From IMG/VR virus record IMGVR_UViG_3300033571_009404, positions 124,001-188,000 of that record: DNA of 64,000 bases, one strand, 5' to 3'. Made by a program: the position numbers and the translations under genes. Of the stretch, positions 56,810-64,000 are shown one piece after another (the first letter of the stretch is position 1; every line of letters starts with the position of its first letter). The notes beneath the pieces were generated by a model that saw nothing but the letters and a program-made list of their open reading frames with translations, was not told the origin of the DNA and did not search any database.

Positions 56810-57410
56810 AGTAGCGACTCCTCTGAAGTTCAAAGGCTTCTACACCAGCAAGATCGCCGATCTGAGAAGCTACCAGAGCGCATTTGCGAAGATGGCGGCC
56901 AACTACGAAGCTCCTTCTGAACCTGAAATGAAGATTCGTCAGATCGTCACCACCGTGGCCCGTATGGCTTACAGTGCACGGGCATTGCACTTCCACGGTC
57001 TCAACGAGAATGACAGTGACGGCATGCAGATGTACAACACCATCACCAAGGGTTTTGAAGAAATGGCTGATGGTCTGGAAGTGGACGAACTGCTGAAAGC
57101 AATCGCTGCTGAAACTCGTCTGCCTTATATCCTGAGCCTCATGATGTTGGTCGACATGTACCTCTACCGTGTGCCTTCTTACCTGCCACCGGAAGAAGAC
57201 TTCAACCGCAACAAAGAGTTCTCGTTGATCAACCTGATCTCTGATGCTTTCTACCACCTGCTGTTTGTTGATCCGGCAGCCATTGTCATGACGGAAGACC
57301 ATCCTTTTGAAAACATCGGCTGGATGTTGCGTCAGCCGATTGCACCAGCGCTTTATCCCATTCGCATTGGCGAACTCAAATCCGCCGCCATTGACGAAAA
57401 CACTCTGTAA
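56796..57410 (+). CDS. hypothetical protein
   Basis: 204-aa helical ORF with biased codons. Confidence 0.7.
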   Translation: MENGKVATPLKFKGFYTSKIADLRSYQSAFAKMAANYEAPSEPEMKIRQIVTTVARMAYSARALHFHGLNENDSDGMQMYNTITKGFEEMADGLEVDELLKAIAAETRLPYILSLMMLVDMYLYRVPSYLPPEEDFNRNKEFSLINLISDAFYHLLFVDPAAIVMTEDHPFENIGWMLRQPIAPALYPIRIGELKSAAIDENTL

Positions 57411-57449
57411 CACAACAACCTAGCTTTCTACTTAATGAAAGGAAATACC

Positions 57450-58637
57450 ATGAACGCACAAGTCCTCGATGAAGTCATCACCGATCCCACCAACCCGGCC
57501 TACTTCTCTGAAGAGAACATGAACGCCCGTTTCGCCAAGATGGAAGAGGAACGGAAGATCACCGACAGCATCAACGATCGTTCCAAGCAAGCCAAGGAAC
57601 TGATCGAGTCCTGCTTCTGGCCGCGCATGCATGTCAGGAAATTGCATAGCCTGGTCGACAAGCTGCGTGTGAACTGCTTCGACCATCCCAGCCTGAACAA
57701 CATCGGCGCACTGGAAAAGTATCCCGACTACCACATCAAGGCCAGCCAGACCTTGGACTGGATCATCGCCAGCTGCAAGACCATGCTGGCACAGGGTACC
57801 TTCGATGACGTCGGTGATGATTACGAAGTCATCAAGAAGCGCATCGAAGTCCAGCTGTACCGTGAACGTCGTATCCGTCGCCGCTTTGAGCGTCCCAACA
57901 CGCCTCTGAGCATGATGACGTCGGGCACTCGTATCAAGTACGAGCTGTCCTGTGAAGGTGAGAAAGAAGGTACGATCATGAACGTGGTCCAGAACGGTAT
58001 CAACAGCTACTGCGTTGAACTGATGGAAATCGTTGAAGATCGTTGCTCCCACGAACACCCTGGTCCGGGTGAACACAAGAGCTTCAACCACACCTGGGTC
58101 AGGTCGGTGATCAAGAGCAATCCGGGTCATCTGAAGATCGACGACAGCTGGCAACGTAATGTCCAGCTGTTCCGTCGTGACGTTCCCAAGAAGCGCTTCA
58201 ATGCCAAGGTCAAGAAGATCAAGGCAACGAAGCAACACGAGATGGGTGACAAACGTTGGCGCTATGAAATGCTGCCAAACTACAATGCCACCCACACAAA
58301 GGATGGCATTCCGTTCATTCGTCGCGGTGGCAAGTATCGGATGGATCGTGGTAGCGATCTGATCGCTGCATTGATCTCGAAGTACGAGCCGACTCATGAG
58401 CGTGTGGCCGTGGACGTCCAAAGCCTGATGATTTACCTCCACAGCCGTGGGGTGATGCGGATGGTTGCGGATGGTCGCTTCTGGGAAAGTGTATTCGTGG
58501 TGGACCGTGATCGTCTGGAAAAGGCGATCAAGCAAAACCTGAATCGCTTCAAGCTCACGAAGGAAACTCGTCGTGAAATGGCTCGCCAACACGATGCTGA
58601 AATGGATCGCATCGCGATGGCTGACTGGGAAGACTAA
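57450..58637 (+). CDS. hypothetical protein, possible central SH3/KOW-like barrel
   Basis: ATG 57450 after RBS aaagga; GC3-rich; acidic DWED terminus. Confidence 0.8.
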   Translation: MNAQVLDEVITDPTNPAYFSEENMNARFAKMEEERKITDSINDRSKQAKELIESCFWPRMHVRKLHSLVDKLRVNCFDHPSLNNIGALEKYPDYHIKASQTLDWIIASCKTMLAQGTFDDVGDDYEVIKKRIEVQLYRERRIRRRFERPNTPLSMMTSGTRIKYELSCEGEKEGTIMNVVQNGINSYCVELMEIVEDRCSHEHPGPGEHKSFNHTWVRSVIKSNPGHLKIDDSWQRNVQLFRRDVPKKRFNAKVKKIKATKQHEMGDKRWRYEMLPNYNATHTKDGIPFIRRGGKYRMDRGSDLIAALISKYEPTHERVAVDVQSLMIYLHSRGVMRMVADGRFWESVFVVDRDRLEKAIKQNLNRFKLTKETRREMARQHDAEMDRIAMADWED

Positions 58638-58638
58638 T

Positions 58639-58666
58639 CAGGTGGACCTCTTCGGGGGTCCACCTG
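58639..58666 (+). terminator. UUCG-loop hairpin
   Basis: caggtggacctc-ttcg-ggggtccacctg. Confidence 0.7.
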
Positions 58667-58696
58667 TATGCTCTCAATTTGTTTAAAGGGATAGCT

Positions 58697-59230
58697 GTGA
58701 ATAAAGATAAAGTCAAGAAAGGCATGTGGGTAGTGCATACCAGCAATGCCGTAGGAAAAGTCGTCTGGGTCGATCCTGACACAGGTAAGGACAGTAACGG
58801 CATACAAGTCGAATGGATGGATTCCATCCACAAACTGGATACTCAGTTTGTTGACTGTCGTGAAGTCATGCTCTATGTCGGTCCGATGTTAGCTGGTTTC
58901 ATGGTCAATCCCGGCAGCGACAGCGCACCCAAGCCAGCTATGTCTCGTCTGGTGAACATGCCGTTGCAACTGACAGGTTCGGCCTTACGTGATCTCTACC
59001 TGATGAATGATGGTGACATCAACGTCTGGCTGCATCGCTTGAACTTCCATTACCAGAACATCGGTGCTGGACACATCATGCCTCAGGGTAACTTCAACGA
59101 TGGTAAAGCTTGGTTCTTGCATTGGGGTACACTGCAGGTACTGACCTTCGGACGCTCTATCCTCAGAGAGAACCTCGAAGCTGCACTCTTGCCAGAGAAC
59201 CTTGCTGGCATTTTGGAACGTTATAAATAA
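58697..59230 (+). CDS. hypothetical protein with an N-terminal SH3/KOW-like motif
   Basis: KKGMWVVH...GKVVWVD...IQVEW; GTG start after RBS aaggga. Confidence 0.6.
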   Translation: MNKDKVKKGMWVVHTSNAVGKVVWVDPDTGKDSNGIQVEWMDSIHKLDTQFVDCREVMLYVGPMLAGFMVNPGSDSAPKPAMSRLVNMPLQLTGSALRDLYLMNDGDINVWLHRLNFHYQNIGAGHIMPQGNFNDGKAWFLHWGTLQVLTFGRSILRENLEAALLPENLAGILERYK

Positions 59231-59242
59231 GAAAGGATAATC

Positions 59243-59449
59243 GTGGATCAGACCCAACAAACTCCCAAGAAAGAAAAACCCGTCTGCCGTAATTGCGGCT
59301 CTGACAACGTGTGCATCGATGCAGCGGCACGCTGGGACAATGAACTGCAAGACTGGAAACTCTCTGGCACGCATGACTCCGGTCACTGCGACAACTGCGA
59401 AGAAGAGTTCAAGCGCTTAGACTGGGTTCCTGTGGAGAACAAAGCATGA
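59243..59449 (+). CDS. small zinc-ribbon protein
   Basis: CRNC and CDNC pairs; RBS aaagga. Confidence 0.75.
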   Translation: MDQTQQTPKKEKPVCRNCGSDNVCIDAAARWDNELQDWKLSGTHDSGHCDNCEEEFKRLDWVPVENKA

Positions 59450-59646
59450 CCACCACCCAAGTCTTGAATGACGACGGCAGTGTCATGACACTCGAACAGG
59501 CAGAAGCTATCGTTGCCTACGATGGATATGGTGCTCCGTACATTGACTTCAACTCAGCTGATACTGTAATCCTCGATGGTGAATTCGGGCATCGCATGCT
59601 CAAAGCACTCCTCGTTGTTATGGAACACAAAATGCTGAAGGCATAA
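59446..59646 (+). CDS. small hypothetical protein
   Basis: ATGA overlap with the previous gene. Confidence 0.6.
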   Translation: MTTTQVLNDDGSVMTLEQAEAIVAYDGYGAPYIDFNSADTVILDGEFGHRMLKALLVVMEHKMLKA

Positions 59647-59698
59647 AACCCTCACCACCTCCTCCCGATGTACTGGGATGGAGGTGGTGAGGTTTGCC
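59640..59698. terminator. bidirectional hairpin with GGCATA foot
   Basis: cctcaccacctcc / ggaggtggtgagg 13-bp stem between convergent genes. Confidence 0.75.
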
Positions 59699-59717
59699 AA
59701 GGTATTTCTTTTTTGGA

Positions 59718-60584
59718 TTAGACCGGCAGAGCGGACGAACCCAGAGCTTCCACACCTTCCTTGTACGAACGGGAAGTGCGTGCGACGTCTGCCGAGATCT
59801 GTTGGACGAAGGCAGGACGTTGGTACGGGTTGGCAGCCGACAGGTTGATGCCCGAGAGCATCTCTTGTGCGAATGCATCCACACCAGCGCCGACTTGAGC
59901 AATACCGGTGAATTCCACATCGTGGCTCACGGTTTCCATTGCTTGGGTCAGGTCGCGGTGGCCAGTGATCTGACCAGACGACTTGGGCATCATGTTGGTG
60001 ATGAGCCAGGCTTTGACGACCTTGGTATGGGTCGGGTCCGGTTCCATGAACAGCATGGTCGCCGAGTAACGGTCGGCCAGCATGTCGGTCGGAGCAGAAC
60101 CAGTCAGGGTTGCGATTTCTGCAACCTTGGTTTCCGGATCCATCATCAGCATGCGAATCCAGCCCGACAGGAAGCGAGCAACCGGCATGCCGTACTTTTC
60201 CGACCAGCGGAACGATACGTTGGAGCGGTCACGCTTCACGTCGATGAAGTCTTCGTGTTGTTCACCAGCACCACCAACGGCGGTCTGAGCGAAGTCCACT
60301 TGCAGAGTCTGGTTCAGGCCATCAATAGCCATGGCGTGGAGTTCAACCAGCGAACGCAGCGTACCAACCCAGTACTCAGGGTTGTTGAGTAGCTGGAAGC
60401 CGCTCGGTGCCTCAACTAACATGCAGATGAGGTTACGGCGAACGTACGACTGGTTGTTAATCCACTCAGTCAGGTTGGTACTGTAGCCCATCTGACCACC
60501 CAGCTGGAGATTCACCATGGGGGCATGAACGGACGACGAGTACGCCTGACCCGTGAGCAGGGTATCAGCGAGACGAGTAGGCAT
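59718..60584 (-). CDS. tail tube protein (phiKZ gp30-like)
   Basis: 288 aa directly downstream of the sheath gene; EKYGMPV and EPDPT motifs. Confidence 0.88.
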   Translation of the reverse strand: MPTRLADTLLTGQAYSSSVHAPMVNLQLGGQMGYSTNLTEWINNQSYVRRNLICMLVEAPSGFQLLNNPEYWVGTLRSLVELHAMAIDGLNQTLQVDFAQTAVGGAGEQHEDFIDVKRDRSNVSFRWSEKYGMPVARFLSGWIRMLMMDPETKVAEIATLTGSAPTDMLADRYSATMLFMEPDPTHTKVVKAWLITNMMPKSSGQITGHRDLTQAMETVSHDVEFTGIAQVGAGVDAFAQEMLSGINLSAANPYQRPAFVQQISADVARTSRSYKEGVEALGSSALPV

Positions 60585-60595
60585 GTTGAATTTCC

Positions 60596-62698
60596 TTAAG
60601 CAGCGGCTTGATAATCATCGAGGCGGAAAGCTTCGACGTACAGGGTTTCGATGGTCTTCATGTTCGGACCGTAGACCTTGATGCGCAGCGTCCAGCTGTA
60701 GCCACGATCCTTGTCACCCTGGGTGAAGTAGCAATCCGGCACGACGATGATCACGTCATCGAACTTGCCTTCGCACTGCTCAGTGACGAACTTGTTGACA
60801 CGTTCGATCAGTTGATCGTTGTTCAGCTTAACCGAACCCGAGAAGGTGCGGTGAGCCAGTTCGCCGATCTTCATGACTTCGCAGATCGCGTGAGCGATCA
60901 GTTCAGACTTCAGGATCGAAGTGTCGTCACTGTAGACGGTTTGCAGGGCCGGGAAGTAGAAAGTACGACGATCCGACGGTTCCACCCAGTTCAGACCAAC
61001 ATCCCACTCAGTGTTACGAGTGGTACCCGGTGCATTGGGTACGTTGATGTTCTTGAACAGCGTGACCTTGTTGTTCGGGTCGATATCGTAGATCTGACCA
61101 TTGGTCCACTTACCGTTGGACGCACCCATGTACTTGGCACGCTTCACAGCGATTTCAATCACCAGCGGCAGTTCCTTGGTCCAGGTGTTATCCACCAGAG
61201 TACCCGAACGACCGATGATGGACGCACGGACAGCAGGAGTACCGAAGTATTCCGAATCCGGATAGTTACGCACACGAGCCAGCAGAGACTGGGCGATCGA
61301 TTCTTCTTGCGACAGGTTCAGTACCGGACCAGTGGAGTCATGGCAAGCCAGCGTCAGGAAGGTATCCTTACGGGCAGCAATGAAGCTGATCATGTCATAC
61401 TTGGTAGCCATCGGGAAGCCGGTATCGTACATATCGGAAACCGGATACAGCGCCAGGTTCTGATAATCGTGAGCCGGATCAGCCCAATTGATCACGTCGG
61501 CCGACACCAGAGCAGCGAAGTTATCGTCGCTCATGTCGCCATCCGAACCACCTTGAGCGTACAGGTTCATGCTTTCGCTGAACTTGAACTCTTCATCAGT
61601 AGTTACCTTGATCTGGTAGGTGTGATACGGCGAGTTCTGCGAAGACACGCCACCATACAGGTTGAAGCGATAGGCTTGGTCGGTGTCGCCTGCGACTAAG
61701 TCGGAATAGGCATCGACGTACGGCAGTTCAGCAGCCACGAACAGATCCAGCAGCGTCTTGATGTTGGCATCGTAAGTATGGAACTTACCGAAGTCACCAT
61801 AGACCGGAGGATTGGTCGAGGAAGGATCGATCGACTGGTAAGCGGCCGGGAATACGTCACCCACGTATTGCTGAGCATCCAGATACGGGTTGATGTAGTC
61901 AGGCTTCAGTACGAAGTCAACGGACTGTTCTGCGTTGATGTTGGAAACGAGCTTAGGCGTTGCCATGTCAGTGCTACGCGAGGTAACAGCAATACGGAAC
62001 GGATAGACTTTTTCCTTGGTCAGCAGACGACCATCGATCGGGGTGTTCGACAGCAGCGTCGGAGCGTAGATACGCAGTGCGCTGTTGTTACCCCAGTCAC
62101 CGAAGGACGAGATCTCAGCGTCGTGCAGCGGGTAACGCTTGGACTGAGTACCTGCGGTGGTGTCAACTTGATCACCGTCGATAATGGCGCCCTGACCGAA
62201 GGTCGAGTTACCATCTTCATCGAGGGGGATTTCCACGCCGATGAACTTGACCGAGTAACCAGCCACAGTCGGAGTGGCGGTCGATTTGACCGGATCACCG
62301 TTGACGTCTTTCTTGATCGAGCCGTCAGAATTGCGCTCGTAGTTGTCCAGGGTAGTAGCCAGGACGTCAGCGTAGATACGCACCGTTGCCGTCTTGGCAT
62401 CAGCAGGTTTCAGACGCTTAATGAAGTGCGTGTTGGCTGCAGCCGAAAGCTTGTTGGACAGCACCGTTTGGTGAGTCGCCCACTTTTGGCGCAGGTCAAA
62501 CGAGTCGGATCCATAGACCAGATCGCGGGAGTTACCGACGACCGGGCTTGCAATTTCAGGACCTTTCTTCGTGAAGAGATAAACGAAAGGGAAGTGCTGC
62601 GGACGCACTTCTGGCTCGTAGGCCGGAGTCACGGTACTGCTATCTTTGGTACCCAGATTCCGTACCATCGGTGCCGCGTTGATAAATGGAGACGACAT
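60596..62698 (-). CDS. tail sheath protein (phiKZ gp29-like)
   Basis: 700 aa, highly biased codons; YDTGFP...K, YFGTP-x-x-R and C-terminal DKDRGYSWTL...YGPNMKT motifs. Confidence 0.92.
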   Translation of the reverse strand: MSSPFINAAPMVRNLGTKDSSTVTPAYEPEVRPQHFPFVYLFTKKGPEIASPVVGNSRDLVYGSDSFDLRQKWATHQTVLSNKLSAAANTHFIKRLKPADAKTATVRIYADVLATTLDNYERNSDGSIKKDVNGDPVKSTATPTVAGYSVKFIGVEIPLDEDGNSTFGQGAIIDGDQVDTTAGTQSKRYPLHDAEISSFGDWGNNSALRIYAPTLLSNTPIDGRLLTKEKVYPFRIAVTSRSTDMATPKLVSNINAEQSVDFVLKPDYINPYLDAQQYVGDVFPAAYQSIDPSSTNPPVYGDFGKFHTYDANIKTLLDLFVAAELPYVDAYSDLVAGDTDQAYRFNLYGGVSSQNSPYHTYQIKVTTDEEFKFSESMNLYAQGGSDGDMSDDNFAALVSADVINWADPAHDYQNLALYPVSDMYDTGFPMATKYDMISFIAARKDTFLTLACHDSTGPVLNLSQEESIAQSLLARVRNYPDSEYFGTPAVRASIIGRSGTLVDNTWTKELPLVIEIAVKRAKYMGASNGKWTNGQIYDIDPNNKVTLFKNINVPNAPGTTRNTEWDVGLNWVEPSDRRTFYFPALQTVYSDDTSILKSELIAHAICEVMKIGELAHRTFSGSVKLNNDQLIERVNKFVTEQCEGKFDDVIIVVPDCYFTQGDKDRGYSWTLRIKVYGPNMKTIETLYVEAFRLDDYQAAA

Positions 62699-62874
62699 AT
62701 CTGTATCCTGACGATGAATGGTATGGTTTCAGAACGATGCCTTGCATCATATTAATTCTAAAATTACTACGGTGCACGAATCATTTGATGATCGTTAATA
62801 ATAGGAATTGGTCCTACTATAGAACATAGAATGACCCTTATATCCTACCGTAGTAATCTCAATTAGGACTTGCC

Positions 62875-63804
62875 ATGTCGATTTTCAAAACTGCGTATGA
62901 CACCACTGCCTGCAAAGACATGCAGATTGAAAAGATCCGTAATGGGATCTTGGAAGCTAAAGCACAGTACGAGCTGTATGACGGTGAACTGCCAAACACT
63001 TACCTCGTGAAGAAGAACCGCAATGCGATTGCGACGCTCCCATCTTTCGCACATCCCATGGCGGTACACTTCCGTGGTGATGACAAGGACAGCCTCGTCG
63101 CAGACATTCGGGATCTGGTACGACAGGATCCCCAGACTGCTGACTATAAAATAGTTGAGTCTTCGGACCACACTCTGGCTCTGGCACGCTTGGCATTGAA
63201 TGCCATCTGGTTAACTGAGACGGGCGTTTACGCTTTACGCGACATGCCGATTCTGGCTACTCAGGTGTATGCAGCCTGGGTTTCGCAAACCGTGGGTAAC
63301 CGTCTGGGCTTAGATCCCGGTGAACGTCTGAAGATGGCGATGTACGCTGCTTACTTCTACTCGACGCTGTTTATCGAGAAGAACAAGGAGATGACTTCGC
63401 GTGATACTCTGAAGTTCACCAACGCTTTAACCCAAGCCACCAAATGCTCGTCCAACGATGCCATGGCATTCATCGATGAAGTATCGCAACACCAGATCAA
63501 TAACCTGCATGACTTCTGCCGGATGGCTGAACCCATTGTAGGTACTGTTCGTCTGCGTGAAATGAATGCAGGCTGGTTGATCTCAGTGGTCGGTGGTACC
63601 TGGTGGGGCGCTAATGCTCGTGAACTGACTGCAGTGGCATTGGAACATCCGCCGACTTGGGTGGCTCTGTTGATGATGGCAGTTGGTGCGAAGAAGTACA
63701 AGAACGCCCTGCTGTCGAAGATCGCTGAAGTCTGGGCAAAGGGTCAGTCTGGTACCAACTATATCCATAGCGTGCAGTCCCTGACCAAGACCAGCATCTC
63801 TTAA
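62875..63804 (+). CDS. phiKZ-like virion structural protein (gp28-like)
   Basis: MSIFKTAYDTT start and ALEHPPTW motif; divergent from the sheath gene. Confidence 0.65.
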   Translation: MSIFKTAYDTTACKDMQIEKIRNGILEAKAQYELYDGELPNTYLVKKNRNAIATLPSFAHPMAVHFRGDDKDSLVADIRDLVRQDPQTADYKIVESSDHTLALARLALNAIWLTETGVYALRDMPILATQVYAAWVSQTVGNRLGLDPGERLKMAMYAAYFYSTLFIEKNKEMTSRDTLKFTNALTQATKCSSNDAMAFIDEVSQHQINNLHDFCRMAEPIVGTVRLREMNAGWLISVVGGTWWGANARELTAVALEHPPTWVALLMMAVGAKKYKNALLSKIAEVWAKGQSGTNYIHSVQSLTKTSIS

Positions 63805-63821
63805 TTGAATTAGGAACGTTC

Positions 63822-64000
63822 ATGACTACCTACAACTATCTGGAAGATCATGCTCGTAAAAACGTCTGGGTCGATCCAGCTGAAGATAAACAGGCCATCG
63901 TTAAGCCTTACAAGTTGACTGGTTATCGTGGTGTCTTGAACTCCCTTAAGATTCAATGGACCACGGTTTCCATGCCGACTAAGGGCGAGCGTTACCATGT
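63822..64000 (+). CDS. phiKZ-like virion structural protein (gp27-like), 3'-truncated by the window edge
   Basis: Read manually as MTTYNYLEDHARKNVWVDPAEDKQAIVKP...; RBS tagga; no stop before the end. Confidence 0.6.
   Translation, partial: MTTYNYLEDHARKNVWVDPAEDKQAIVKPYKLTGYRGVLNSLKIQWTTVSMPTKGERYH

Noticed and set aside
57432-58592. 386-aa antisense ORF opposite 57450-58637
   Set aside because: The plus strand has the RBS, terminator and GC3 bias; the antisense frame is its shadow.
60608-62755. Long plus-strand ORFs (363 aa and 325 aa) antisense to the tail sheath gene
   Set aside because: Shadow frames arising from strong codon bias; no RBS and no protein-like motifs.
1-64000. CRISPR array, tRNA, rRNA or insertion sequence
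   Set aside because: No regularly spaced repeats, cloverleafs or transposase motifs were seen by eye; intergenic gaps are short. tRNAscan or Infernal would be needed to exclude small RNAs.

Overview
The whole window is a gene-dense segment of a phiKZ-like jumbo myophage genome (Chimalliviridae-type). This is inferred from protein motifs and gene order recalled from memory; no database search was run. It encodes: three virion RNA polymerase subunits (beta' with ADFDGD, plus beta N and C parts), a tape-measure/lytic transglycosylase protein, baseplate and spike proteins, tail sheath and tube, a prohead protease, and four paralogous NPH-repeat fibre-like proteins with a chaperone. It also carries RuvC, SbcC/Rad50, RNase H, UvsX/RecA, spanin-like membrane pairs and an island of unknown early-type genes (53.2-59.6 kb). 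No tRNA, rRNA, CRISPR array, transposase, intron or intein was recognised. The most striking observation is a second, divergent tail-tube paralogue (26258-26938) that lacks the N-terminal arm and part of the long hairpin. It sits behind uvsX in an operon with DUF1653, MazG-like and SLOG genes, so it is a candidate non-polymerising decoy or cap. Other highlights: a CYTH-like domain split by a ~255-aa insertion; a family of TATG-footed intergenic hairpins, two of which are exact 39-bp inverted copies 13.4 kb apart; a T4 30.3-like NADAR protein; and a 74-aa two-repeat protein upstream of the prohead protease. The host cannot be determined from the sequence.
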